Source of the DNA: Novosphingobium sp.
GTDB taxonomy: Bacteria; Pseudomonadota; Alphaproteobacteria; Sphingomonadales; Sphingomonadaceae
Length of the DNA stretch: 64,000 nt
Assembly (NCBI RefSeq): GCF_025351285.1
Contig: NZ_JANXWG010000139.1
Location: 1,549 to 65,548 of the forward strand
Direction of reading: 5' to 3'
Shown here: positions 41,433-50,585 of the stretch, one piece after another
Position numbering within the stretch: the first letter of the stretch is position 1
Layout of the letters: every line of letters starts with the position of its first letter
Position numbers and translations under genes: made by a program
Notes under the pieces: generated by a model
Told to the model about the DNA's origin: nothing
The model's input: only the letters and a program-made list of their open reading frames with translations
Databases searched by the model: none

Positions 41433-43121
41433 ATGGCCGAAACCAAGCCCCCCTTGCTCGCGAGCAAACCCGCGCCTGCGAAAAAGCCCGTGCGCGCTGC
41501 GAGCGAGCGCAAGGCCGAAACCAAAGTCAGGCTCGAAATCCGCAATGCGCGGATCGCCGATGTGCGCGGCATCGTTGGCGTCGTGCGCCGGGCCTATGGC
41601 GATGGCCAGACTTACACATCGGGGCAGATTTCAGGTCAGATCAACAACTTTTCCGCCGGCTGCTTCGTCGCGGTGCTCGATGGGCAGGTGGTCGGCTATT
41701 GTGCCACGTTGCAGATCGCGGGCGAAGTCGCGCTCGGCCCGCACACCTGGGACGAGATCACCGGCAACGGCTTCGGCGCGCGGCACGACCCGACCGGGGA
41801 CTGGCTCTACGGCTACGAAATGGTGGTCGACCCGGAGGTTCGCGGCGCGCGGATCGGCCGGCGGCTTTACGAGGAACGCCGCGCGCTGGCCGAAGAGCGT
41901 GATCTGACCGGGATCGCCTTCGGCGGGCGGATGCCCGGGCTCTCTCGGTTGCGGCGCAAGGCGCCCGATGCGCAGGCCTATCTCGACGAAGTCGTCACCA
42001 GCAAGCGCCACGATCCGGTGATCCGCTTCCAACTGGCCAATGGCTTTCAGCCCATCGGACTGCTGCCGGGTTACCTGCCCGACGACGCGGCCTCGCTCGG
42101 CTATGCGGCGCATATGGTCTGGCGCAACCCTTACGTCGATCGCGACCAGCCGGTGAAGATGCGCGTGCCGCGCGGGGTCGAAAGCGTGCGGCTGGCGACG
42201 TGCCAGTTGCAGGCGCGGGCGGTGAAAAGCTACGAAGAATTCATGCAGAATGTCGAATATTTCGTCGACGTGGCATCGAGCTACGAAGCCGATTTCATCG
42301 TGTTTCCCGAGATGTTCACGCTGCAATTGCTGTCGTTCGAACCGCGCGAGCTGTCACCATCCGAAGCGATCGAGGCGCTCAGCCGATATACCCCCAGGAT
42401 CCGTCAGGCACTGTCGGACCTGGCGATGCGCTTCAACATCAACATCATCGGCGGATCGCACCCGACGCGGATGGAGGACGGCGATATCCACAACGTGGCG
42501 ATGGTGTGCCTGCGCGACGGATCGATCCATGAACAGGAAAAGATCCACCCGACACCCGACGAACGCTACTGGTGGAACGTCAAGGGCGGCGACAGCATCG
42601 ACGTGATCCCGACCGACTGCGGCCCGATCGGCGTACTGATCTGCTATGATAGCGAATTTCCCGAACTGGCGCGGCGGTTGGTCGACGAGGGTGCGCGGAT
42701 CATTTTCACGCCGTTCTGCACCGACAGCCGACAGGGCTATCTTCGGGTGCGCTATTGCTGCCAGGCGCGCGCGATCGAAAACCAGTGCTTCGTGGTAATG
42801 AGCGGCAATGTCGGCAACTTGCCCAACGTCCACAACATGGACATCCAGTACGCGCAAAGCTGCATCCTGACGCCGTGCGACTTCCCGTTCGCGCGCGACG
42901 GGATTGCTGCCGAGGCCAGCGAAAACGTCGAGACGCTGACGGTATGCGACGTCAACCTGGCAGATCTCGCTTGGGCACGAGCTGAGGGATCGGTGCGCAA
43001 CCTGGCCGATCGGCGTTTCGACCTTTACCGGATCGAATGGGAGGATCCCAAGAAGCGCCGTCGTTCGTCTTCGGACAACCACCCCGCGCCAATTGGAAAG
43101 CCCTTGCCGGCCAGCGGCTGA
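41433..43121 (+). CDS. Bifunctional GNAT acetyltransferase / carbon-nitrogen hydrolase fusion
   Basis: GNAT motif A (VDPEVRGARIGRRLY), then the nitrilase-superfamily triad FPE / QEKIH / ICYDSEFPELAR, and RYCCQARAIENQ. Confidence 0.9.
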   Translation: MAETKPPLLASKPAPAKKPVRAASERKAETKVRLEIRNARIADVRGIVGVVRRAYGDGQTYTSGQISGQINNFSAGCFVAVLDGQVVGYCATLQIAGEVALGPHTWDEITGNGFGARHDPTGDWLYGYEMVVDPEVRGARIGRRLYEERRALAEERDLTGIAFGGRMPGLSRLRRKAPDAQAYLDEVVTSKRHDPVIRFQLANGFQPIGLLPGYLPDDAASLGYAAHMVWRNPYVDRDQPVKMRVPRGVESVRLATCQLQARAVKSYEEFMQNVEYFVDVASSYEADFIVFPEMFTLQLLSFEPRELSPSEAIEALSRYTPRIRQALSDLAMRFNINIIGGSHPTRMEDGDIHNVAMVCLRDGSIHEQEKIHPTPDERYWWNVKGGDSIDVIPTDCGPIGVLICYDSEFPELARRLVDEGARIIFTPFCTDSRQGYLRVRYCCQARAIENQCFVVMSGNVGNLPNVHNMDIQYAQSCILTPCDFPFARDGIAAEASENVETLTVCDVNLADLAWARAEGSVRNLADRRFDLYRIEWEDPKKRRRSSSDNHPAPIGKPLPASG

Positions 43122-43171
43122 AAGGCGGACGATGCAGCCAGCATCATCCGCCCGGTAATTGTCAGCCCGGG

Positions 43172-43426
43172 TTAGTCAGCAGTTGCTTCGCCGCCTTCTT
43201 CTTCCTCGAAATTCAGGGCGTTGGCGGCGGTTGCCGAGAGCCGGACCTGGTTGCCCTCGATCCCGGCGATCAGACCTTCGGACAGGTAGTGGTGATGATC
43301 GTGCGAACCGCCATCGAGCTTGGTCAGCTTGATGCGCTTGCCTTCGACTTTGTCGACGGTGCCGACGTGCACGCCGTCGGCGCCGATGACTTCCATGTCT
43401 TCGGTAATCTGTGTGAAGTCTACCAT
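43172..43426 (-). CDS. DUF2171 family protein
   Basis: I.E.MEVIGADGVHVGTVDKVEG.RIKLTK.D...HHHYL....IAGIEG..VRLS. Confidence 0.85.
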   Translation of the reverse strand: MVDFTQITEDMEVIGADGVHVGTVDKVEGKRIKLTKLDGGSHDHHHYLSEGLIAGIEGNQVRLSATAANALNFEEEEGGEATAD

Positions 43427-43491
43427 GCGATTTCTCCTTGCCTGCCCTCAACGCACAGAGCGTGAAAAGGATGCGCAAGAAGAAACAAGGT

Positions 43492-43526
43492 GGCCCGCCG
43501 CGCGAAAGGGTAACGCGCGACGGGCC
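43492..43526 (-). terminator. Intrinsic terminator downstream of the 52-aa ORF
   Basis: GGCCCGTCGCGCG-loop-CGCGCGGCGGGCC followed by ACCTTGTTTCTTCTT on the minus strand. Confidence 0.65.
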
Positions 43527-43556
43527 GGGCTTTCCTCCCCAGGAAAGATCTTGAGG

Positions 43557-43715
43557 CTAGCGCCCGGCGGCGCTGCCGAGGCGGTGGTAAAGGTTCGAGA
43601 ACTTGGTGGATTCGGGCGTGTCCTCGATCGCCTTCAGATAATGAAGGACGGCTTCGCGCAGCAGCTTGAAGTCTTCGTTCGACAGGACCGCGCGGGCACG
43701 TGCGGGTTCGGGCAT
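43557..43715 (-). CDS. 52-aa small protein missed by the ORF track
   Basis: AGGAG RBS, ATG 43715, TAG 43557: MPEPARARAVLSNEDFKLLREAVLHYLKAIEDTPESTKFSNLYHRLGSAAGR; GC3-biased codons and a downstream terminator. Confidence 0.75.
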   Translation of the reverse strand: MPEPARARAVLSNEDFKLLREAVLHYLKAIEDTPESTKFSNLYHRLGSAAGR

Positions 43716-43816
43716 GGCAGGTCTCCTATTTGGTTACCGAATTGCGGTGAACCGGGTAAAATTGGCATCCTCTCGCCCGTTGGCCTGTGTTCGGCCGATC
43801 GGGGTATCTTAGTGGC

Positions 43817-45409
43817 TTAGGCCGCAAACTGGTTCATCGTGTTGTGCGCGCCGCCGGCCTTGAGCGCGGCTTCGCCGGCGAAGTATTCCTTGTGATCGTC
43901 ACCGATGTCGGAACCCGACATGTTCTGGTGCTTCACACAGGCGATGCCCTGGCGGATTTCCTCGCGCTGCACGTTCTTGACGTAGCCCAGCATCGCCGCA
44001 TCGCCGAAGTATTCGCGCGCCAGGTTGTCGGTGCTGAGTGCCGCCGTATGATACGTCGGCAGCGTGATCAGGTGGTGGAAGATACCCGCCTGTGCCGCCG
44101 ATTCCTTCTGGAAGGTGCGGATGCGTTCGTCGGCTTCCATCGCCAGATCGGTGGCGTCGTAATCCACGCTCATCAACCGTGCGCGATCGTAAGCTGCAAC
44201 GTCACGGCCGGCCTCGACCCAGGCATCGTAAACCTGCTGGCGGAAATTGAGCGTCCAGTTGAAGCTGGGCGAGTTGTTGTAGACCAGCTTGGCGTTGGGG
44301 ATCACCTCGCGGATGCGGTTCACCATGCCCGCAATCTGGCCGATGTGCGGCTTTTCGGTCTCGATCCACAACAGATCGGCGCCATGTTGCAAGCTGGCGA
44401 TGCTGTCCATGACGCAGCGGTCCTCGCCGGTGCCGGCGCGGAACTGGTAAAGGTTCGATGGCAGGCGCTTGGGACGCATCAGTTTGCCATCGCGGTTGAT
44501 CAGCACATCGCCGGGGCGAGTCGTCTCGGTGGTCACTTCCTCGCAATCGAGGAAGCTGTTGTAGCGATCGCCCAGGTCGCCCGGTTCGTGAGTAACGGCG
44601 ATCTGCTTGGTCAGGCCGGCGCCGAGCGAGTCGGTGCGCGCCACGATGATCCCGTCATCGACGCCCAGTTCCATGAAGGCATAGCGGCAGGCGCGGATCT
44701 TGGCGATGAAGTCCTCGTGCGGCACCGTCACCTTGCCGTCCTGGTGGCCGCACTGCTTTTCGTCCGAAACCTGGTTTTCGATCTGCAGCGCGCAGGCGCC
44801 GGCCATGATCATCTTCTTGGCCAGCAGGTAGGTCGCCTCGGCATTGCCGAACCCTGCATCGATATCGGCGATGATCGGCACGATGTGTGTCTGGTGCTCG
44901 TCGATCTGGTGCATCAGGCGATGCGTGTTGACCGCATCGCCACGCTCACGCGCCGCATCGAGATCGCGGAACATCATGCCCAGTTCGCGCTGGTCGGCCT
45001 GGCGCAGGAACGTGTAGATTTCGTCGATCAGCGCGGGAACGCTGGTCTTTTCGTGCATCGACTGATCGGGCAGCGGACCGAATTCAGAACGCAACGCGGC
45101 GACCATCCAGCCCGACAAGTACAAGTACCTGCGCTTGGTCGACCCGAAGTGCTTCTTGATCGAGATGATCTTCTGCTGCGCGATGAACCCGTGCCAGCAG
45201 CCGAGCGACTGCGTGTAGTTGGCCGGATCGATATCATAAGCGGCCATGTCTTCGCGCATGATCTTGGCGGTGTGGCGCGCGATGTCGAGGCCGGTCTGGA
45301 AGCGGTTCTGAACGCGCATCCGCGCAACCGAAGCCGCATCGATGCCGGCCCAGTTGGGATTGCGATCGATCGTCTGGCGCGCTTCGGTCGTGGACTGGTA
45401 ATACGACAT
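43817..45409 (-). CDS. aceA: Isocitrate lyase (long form, about 530 aa)
   Basis: YTQSLGCWHGF, YLYLSGWMVAALRS, IIADIDAGFGN, IENQVSDEKQCGHQDGK, ARTDS, LLWIETEKP, VYNNSPSFNW, HHLITLPTYHT. Confidence 0.96.
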   Translation of the reverse strand: MSYYQSTTEARQTIDRNPNWAGIDAASVARMRVQNRFQTGLDIARHTAKIMREDMAAYDIDPANYTQSLGCWHGFIAQQKIISIKKHFGSTKRRYLYLSGWMVAALRSEFGPLPDQSMHEKTSVPALIDEIYTFLRQADQRELGMMFRDLDAARERGDAVNTHRLMHQIDEHQTHIVPIIADIDAGFGNAEATYLLAKKMIMAGACALQIENQVSDEKQCGHQDGKVTVPHEDFIAKIRACRYAFMELGVDDGIIVARTDSLGAGLTKQIAVTHEPGDLGDRYNSFLDCEEVTTETTRPGDVLINRDGKLMRPKRLPSNLYQFRAGTGEDRCVMDSIASLQHGADLLWIETEKPHIGQIAGMVNRIREVIPNAKLVYNNSPSFNWTLNFRQQVYDAWVEAGRDVAAYDRARLMSVDYDATDLAMEADERIRTFQKESAAQAGIFHHLITLPTYHTAALSTDNLAREYFGDAAMLGYVKNVQREEIRQGIACVKHQNMSGSDIGDDHKEYFAGEAALKAGGAHNTMNQFAA

Positions 45410-45495
45410 CGGCTTGGATTCCCTGAATTGCATTCGCTCTGTACAACTGTGATAACGCAGCGGGGGAGCAATCGGAAAGACCCGCCAAGGTCCGC

Positions 45496-45544
45496 TTGTC
45501 AAGCATGACAACTTTTCCTTGTAAAGATGTGTATTTATGACAAC
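45496..45544. promoter_or_regulatory. Candidate RamB/ScfR operator region between aceA and its regulator
   Basis: Palindrome TTGTCA-AGCA-TGACAA (45496-45511), TTGTAAA (45519-45525) and a repeated ATGACAAC (45505, 45537) in an AT-rich intergenic region. Confidence 0.5.
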
Positions 45545-45552
45545 CTGTGGTC

Positions 45553-46974
45553 ATGGCCGAGATTCGCCCCCAACTCCGTCCCCAGGCTCGCCCATTATAC
45601 CTCGGTCCGCGCTTGCGCCGGATGCGGCGCGAACTGGGCCTGACACAGCAGGCGATGGCCGAAGATCTGGACATATCGGCCAGCTATGTTGCGCTGCTCG
45701 AACGCAACCAGCGTCCGATGACGGCCGACCTGCTGCTGCGGTTGGCGCGCAATTACCAGATCGACGTGGCCGAACTGGCGGGCGACGATGCAGAGGATTA
45801 CGCGCGGCGGTTGGGCGACGTGCTCAAGGACCCGCTGTTCGCCGATATCGACTTGCCCGCGCTCGAAGTCGCGGACCTGGCCACCAGCTTCCCCGGCATA
45901 ACCGAAGCGGTGCTGCGGCTCCACGCCGCTTATGCGCGCGAGCAACAAGCGTTGGCAGCGCAGCGCGACGATCAGGGCGCCGCGGGCGAAAGCGACCCGG
46001 TCAGCGAGGCACGGCGCTTTCTGGCCGAACGTCGGAACCACTTTCCCGCCATCGAAATTCGTGCAGAAGCACTCGCCGCCGAAATTGCCGCCGCCGGGCG
46101 CAGCGTCGCCTGGCTCGAACAGCAGGGCACGCGCGTGCGCTATGTTCCGCCCGACGTGATGCTTGGTGCGATCCGCAGATATGATCGCCACAACAACCAG
46201 TTGCTGCTCGACGATACATTGCCCGCCTCCGCGCGAAGTTGGCAGGTTGCGCTGCATATCGCCCACACCGCGCTGCGCGAACCGATCACTGCGGTGCTGA
46301 GCGGCGAGAAGTTCTCGCAACCCAGCGCGCTCGCTCTCGCCCGCCGTGCGCTGGCCAGCTATGCGGCGGGCGCAATCCGCATGCCGTTCGATCGCTTCGC
46401 CAGCGCGTCCGAGGCGCGGGCCTACGACATCGACGCGATCGCCGGGCTGTTTCGGGTCGATTTCGAACAAGTCGCGCACCGGCTGACCACGCTCGCCCCC
46501 GCCGGGCGCGGCCACGTGCCGTTCTTCCTGATTGCGGTCGACGCGGCGGGCAACGTCACCAAGCGACTCGACGGCGCGGGCTTCCCCTTCGTCGCGCACG
46601 GCGGCGGCTGCCCATTGTGGAGCATCCACGCGGCCTTCCGCGCACCCGGCAGCATCCTGACGCAATGGCTCGAACTGCCCGATCGCCAACGCTTTTTCTC
46701 GATCGCGCGGACAGTGTCGGCAGGCGGTGGCGGCTTCAGCCGCCCGGCCCACGTCCGCGGCCTGGCCCTCGCCTGCTCGGCGGATGACGCACCCCGGCTC
46801 GCCTATGCAGCAGGCCTTGATCCCCACACCGTCGTAGCCACGCCGATCGGCGTTTCATGCCGGTTGTGCGACCGTGCCGGATGCACCGCCCGCGCCGCGC
46901 CGCCGATCGGCCGCGAGGTGCTACCCGACGATTTCCGCCGCACCGCCGCGCCGTTCGCCTTTTCCGAAAGTTGA
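45553..46974 (+). CDS. XRE-family short-chain fatty acyl-CoA regulator (ScfR/RamB-like)
   Basis: HTH LGPRLRRMRRELGLTQ..MA..L.ISASYV.LLE.NQRP; IrrE-like middle region; ..EQVAHRLTTL, D.AGN.TKR, GG.CPLW.IH, PIG..CRLCDR.GC.ARAAPP; divergent from aceA. Confidence 0.9.
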   Translation: MAEIRPQLRPQARPLYLGPRLRRMRRELGLTQQAMAEDLDISASYVALLERNQRPMTADLLLRLARNYQIDVAELAGDDAEDYARRLGDVLKDPLFADIDLPALEVADLATSFPGITEAVLRLHAAYAREQQALAAQRDDQGAAGESDPVSEARRFLAERRNHFPAIEIRAEALAAEIAAAGRSVAWLEQQGTRVRYVPPDVMLGAIRRYDRHNNQLLLDDTLPASARSWQVALHIAHTALREPITAVLSGEKFSQPSALALARRALASYAAGAIRMPFDRFASASEARAYDIDAIAGLFRVDFEQVAHRLTTLAPAGRGHVPFFLIAVDAAGNVTKRLDGAGFPFVAHGGGCPLWSIHAAFRAPGSILTQWLELPDRQRFFSIARTVSAGGGGFSRPAHVRGLALACSADDAPRLAYAAGLDPHTVVATPIGVSCRLCDRAGCTARAAPPIGREVLPDDFRRTAAPFAFSES

Positions 46975-47058
46975 ACTCGGCGCTTGCGGGCAAAGCCGTG
47001 CGCCACTATCCGCGCCGCCAAAGGTTGCCCCGGAAAGGCACTTGTCGAGGACGCCGCC

Positions 47059-47565
47059 GTGGCCACCATCCATCCGCTTGCAGACGTCGATCCCGCACTG
47101 ATCGAGCAATTGCTCGACATTGCGTTCGAACCCGAACGCCGGCGCCGCACCGCCTACAAGGTGCGCGAAGGCACCGAATGGCTGCCCGCGCTGAGCTTTG
47201 CCGCGCTCGACGAAGACAGCCATTTGTGCGGCACGATCCAGTGCTGGCCGGTGGCGCTGACCGATCCTGCGGGGAACCGTCATCCGCTGATCATGGTCGG
47301 CCCGGTGGCGGTGCTGCCGCACCTGCAAACCCAGGGCTATGGCACCGCGCTGATGCTCGCCAGCCTGGCTGCGCACAGCCCGGAGGCGCCGCTCCCGCAG
47401 ATGATGATCGGCGATCCCGAATATTACGGCCGTTTCGGCTTCGACAATTCGTGCACTTCGGGCTGGCGCCTGCCCGGGCCTTACGAACCGCACCGCCTGC
47501 TCGCGCGGTGCGAGAACGCCGCCGTGCTCCCCAAGGACGGTATGCTCGGCCCTTGGCGCGGCTAG
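47059..47565 (+). CDS. GNAT family N-acetyltransferase (YhbS-like)
   Basis: GTG start; AYKVREG, GTIQCWPV, VGPVAV.P..Q.QGYG..LM, IGDPEYYGRFGF. Confidence 0.82.
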   Translation: MATIHPLADVDPALIEQLLDIAFEPERRRRTAYKVREGTEWLPALSFAALDEDSHLCGTIQCWPVALTDPAGNRHPLIMVGPVAVLPHLQTQGYGTALMLASLAAHSPEAPLPQMMIGDPEYYGRFGFDNSCTSGWRLPGPYEPHRLLARCENAAVLPKDGMLGPWRG

Positions 47566-47588
47566 GCTGATCTGGCAGGGCTTGTGCC

Positions 47589-48161
47589 ATGCCCTATGAG
47601 CCACCCCCGGAACTAGCCGGCCTTTCGCTTGCCCAGATAGCCGAGGCGATGGCTGCGCGCCGCTTGCCCGCAGTCGACCAGTGGAACCCGGCCAGCACCG
47701 GCGAAAGCAACATGCGCATCGCCGGCAACGGCCAGTGGTTCCACGAGGGCGCGCCCATCACCCGACCGGCGATGGTGCGCGCCTTCGCCAGCCTGCTGAT
47801 CGCCGATGAAACCGGCCAGCACTGGCTGGCAACCCCGCACGAAAAGCTGGCCATCGCGGTCGACGATGCGGCGTTCATCGCCACCGATCTCGAAGTCCGT
47901 GCCGACCCCCAGGGCCGCCCCGTGCTCGCCTTCCGCATCAACACCGATGAATTTGTCATCGCGGGGCCGGACCACCCGATCCGCGCAGCCGGCGATCCCG
48001 ATACGCCTGCGCTGTACCTAGGCATCCGCCACGGCACCGAGGCGCGGCTCAACCGCAGCACCTATGGCCAGTTGATCGAACACGCGCTGAAGGTTTCGAA
48101 CGGCGATCTGCTCGTGGTCGAAAGCCTTGGCAGCCGGTTCGTGCTGGCACCTTCGCCGTGA
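47589..48161 (+). CDS. DUF1285 family protein
   Basis: P.VDQWNP, MRIAGNGQWFHEG.PI.RP.MV..F.SLL, TPHEKL.I.VDDAAF, FRINTDE.V.AGP.HP, Y...R.G.EARL.RS.Y. Confidence 0.85.
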   Translation: MPYEPPPELAGLSLAQIAEAMAARRLPAVDQWNPASTGESNMRIAGNGQWFHEGAPITRPAMVRAFASLLIADETGQHWLATPHEKLAIAVDDAAFIATDLEVRADPQGRPVLAFRINTDEFVIAGPDHPIRAAGDPDTPALYLGIRHGTEARLNRSTYGQLIEHALKVSNGDLLVVESLGSRFVLAPSP

Positions 48162-48772
48162 CCTTGGCGCTCGAAGCCCGCCTTTCGCGTCTGCTCACGC
48201 AAGGCCACGCCAACTCGCAGGCAGTGCTGCGCGGCGATCGCGATTTCGCGCCGCCCGGCACCTTGCGGCAGGCCGCAGTGCTGATCGCAGTGACCGACCG
48301 GCGCGATCACGCCGATGGCCCGGGCGTGCTGCTGATTCACCGCCCCTCGAACATGCGCGCACACCCCGGGCAAGCCGCGTTCCCCGGCGGCAAGCTCGAT
48401 CCCGGCGAAACCCCGCGCGAAGCCGCACTGCGCGAGGCATGGGAAGAACTGGGCATCCGCGAACGCGACGTTACCGTCGTGGGCGAAACCGACCGCTACC
48501 AGACCGGAACGGGTTACGACATCACCCCCGTGCTGGCGACAGTGCCTGCAGACTTGCCGATCGATCCAAACCCGACCGAGGTCGCAGCGTGGTTCGAGCC
48601 ACCGTTCGGGTTCGTACTCGATGCCGCCAACCATGCCGAACTCGCCGGCGACTGGGAGGGGCGCGAGCGGCGTTATCTGGAAATCCTTTGGAACGAACAC
48701 CGCATCTGGGGCGTAACTGCCGGGATCATCGCCAACCTTGCGCAGCGCATCGCATGGCACGCCGACGCATGA
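48158..48772 (+). CDS. Nudix CoA pyrophosphatase (NudL/PCD1-like)
   Basis: AAVLI, R...MRAHPGQ.AFPGGKLDPGE...EAALREAWEELGI, TGTGYDITPV, PTEVAAWFEPP, IWGVTAGI. Confidence 0.9.
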   Translation: MTLALEARLSRLLTQGHANSQAVLRGDRDFAPPGTLRQAAVLIAVTDRRDHADGPGVLLIHRPSNMRAHPGQAAFPGGKLDPGETPREAALREAWEELGIRERDVTVVGETDRYQTGTGYDITPVLATVPADLPIDPNPTEVAAWFEPPFGFVLDAANHAELAGDWEGRERRYLEILWNEHRIWGVTAGIIANLAQRIAWHADA

Positions 48773-49962
48773 CCGCGCAGCTTGCACCCTCTGAATGGAC
48801 CAGTCGCGCAGACCTTGCCGCGCTGTTTGCCGCGCTCGATCCCGAGGGCAACACCGCGCGCTATGTCGGTGGGGCGGTGCGCGATACGCTGCTGGGCGTG
48901 GCGGTGAAGGACATCGACGTAGCCACGCAGCACGAACCCGGCGAAGTCATCGCGCGGCTCAAGGCGGCGAGTATCCGCACCGTGCCGACCGGGATCGCGC
49001 ATGGCACCATCACCGCGCTGCTCGACGGCGGGCCGGCCGAAATCACCACATTGCGCCGCGACGTCTCCACCGACGGGCGTCGTGCCACGGTAGCGTTCTC
49101 ACGCCGATGGCAGGATGACGCGGCGCGGCGCGATTTCACGATCAACGCGCTTTATGCCGATCCGCGCAGCCTGGAAATCAGCGACTGGTTCGGCGGGATG
49201 GAAGATCTCAACGCCCGCCGCGTGCGCTTCATCGGCGAAGCCAGCGACCGCATCCGCGAGGATTACCTCCGCATCCTGCGCTATTTCCGGTTCCAGGCGC
49301 GGTTCGGCGCCCTGCCCGCCGACGCGTCAGCCGAAGCCGCTTGCGCTGAACTGGCGCCGGGCATGAAGGCGCTGTCGCGCGAACGCGTGGGCTGGGAGCT
49401 GCAACTGCTGCTCGGCCTGCCCGATCCGGCGCAGACCATCGCGCGAATGGCCGAACTTGGCGTGCTGCGCGAGGTCCTGCCCGAAGTCGCTCCCGATGGC
49501 CTGGTTGCGCTGACCACGCTGGTGGCCGAGGAGCAGCGCCAGCAGATCGCGCCGCAAGCGCTGCGCCGGATGGCCGCGCTGCTTCCCACCGATCCGGCGC
49601 TGGCGGAACAAGTCGCAGCGCGGTTGCGGCTGTCGATCGCACAACGCAAGCGGCTGGCAAGCGCGGCGGATCGGGATGGCAAGCTTACCGAACCGCGGGC
49701 ACTGGCGTGGGCAATAGGGCGCGATTCAGCGATCGATCGGCTGCTGCTGACAGGGTGCGACACGAAGCCGCTCGCCGATTGGGAGAGCCCTTACTTCCCG
49801 CTCAAGGGCGGCACGATCATGGCGCGCGGAGTCGATGCGGGGCCGGAAATCGCACGGATGCTGCGGCGGATCGAGGCACGTTGGGTCGAAGAAGGCTTTC
49901 CCGATGCAAATCGGATCGAGGATTTGCTGACCGACGAACTGGCGCGGCGCAACGCCCTGTAA
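48769..49962 (+). CDS. cca: CCA tRNA nucleotidyltransferase (class II)
   Basis: VGGAVRDTLLG..VKDIDVAT, PTGIAHGTITA, EITTLRRDVSTDGR.A.V, DAARRDFTINALY, RIREDYLRILRYFRF, LSRERV. Confidence 0.92.
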   Translation: MTAQLAPSEWTSRADLAALFAALDPEGNTARYVGGAVRDTLLGVAVKDIDVATQHEPGEVIARLKAASIRTVPTGIAHGTITALLDGGPAEITTLRRDVSTDGRRATVAFSRRWQDDAARRDFTINALYADPRSLEISDWFGGMEDLNARRVRFIGEASDRIREDYLRILRYFRFQARFGALPADASAEAACAELAPGMKALSRERVGWELQLLLGLPDPAQTIARMAELGVLREVLPEVAPDGLVALTTLVAEEQRQQIAPQALRRMAALLPTDPALAEQVAARLRLSIAQRKRLASAADRDGKLTEPRALAWAIGRDSAIDRLLLTGCDTKPLADWESPYFPLKGGTIMARGVDAGPEIARMLRRIEARWVEEGFPDANRIEDLLTDELARRNAL

Positions 49963-49973
49963 CCCCGAGCCGC

Positions 49974-50516
49974 TTAACCCCCGCCGCCCTTCCACTGCCG
50001 CCGATCTTCGGCAGCACGCAACACCTCGTATGCGACCTGGATCGCCTGGAACTGCTTGGCCGCTTCGGCATCATTCGGCCGCACGTCAGGGTGGACCAGC
50101 TTGGCCTTGGAGCGCCATGCGCGGCGCACCGCCTCGAAATCGACGTCCGGGGTCAACCCCAGCACTTCCAATGCACGGATCTCGTCGCGGCTGCGCGAAC
50201 CATCGCCCGATCCGGCCCAGCCATAGTGCTGCGCCTCGGCATAGCCCGACGATTCCTGCCGCTCAGCCGATTCGCGCGCAGCGGTTTCCTCTTTGTCGAG
50301 CCCTTCGAAATAATTCCACCCGGCGTTATATTCGGCCGCGTGCTTTTCGCAGAAATACCAGCGATCTGGGCTGTTGGGCGATTTGGGCGCGGGACACTTG
50401 CCCGAATCGCTGCAACCGGCCCGATCGCACATCCGCACTTGCGCGGCCTCGCGGCTGCTGCCGTACGGGCGCCAGCGGGGAAAGCCCCAATCATCGTTGC
50501 GGCCCTGGCGCGCCAT
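49974..50516 (-). CDS. J-domain protein with N-terminal Cys/His motif
   Basis: C-terminal J domain (LEVLGL..AWRSKAKLVHPD..AYEVL); N-terminal CDRAGC...CPAPKSP...WYFCEKHAAEYNAGWNYF. Confidence 0.85.
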   Translation of the reverse strand: MARQGRNDDWGFPRWRPYGSSREAAQVRMCDRAGCSDSGKCPAPKSPNSPDRWYFCEKHAAEYNAGWNYFEGLDKEETAARESAERQESSGYAEAQHYGWAGSGDGSRSRDEIRALEVLGLTPDVDFEAVRRAWRSKAKLVHPDVRPNDAEAAKQFQAIQVAYEVLRAAEDRRQWKGGGG

Positions 50517-50585
50517 CAGGCGGGGACCACAAAAGCAGGACGATCAGGAGCGCTCAGACACATAGCGTCAGCGATTGCGCCAGAA

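Noticed and set aside
43450-43474. GCATC-N16-CGTT upstream of the DUF2171 gene as an EcfG promoter
   Set aside because: Two mismatches in the 5-bp -35 element; plausible for a stress gene but too weak to call.
43787-45508. 573-aa antisense ORF spanning aceA
   Set aside because: Codon-bias shadow; aceA motifs are unambiguous on the minus strand.
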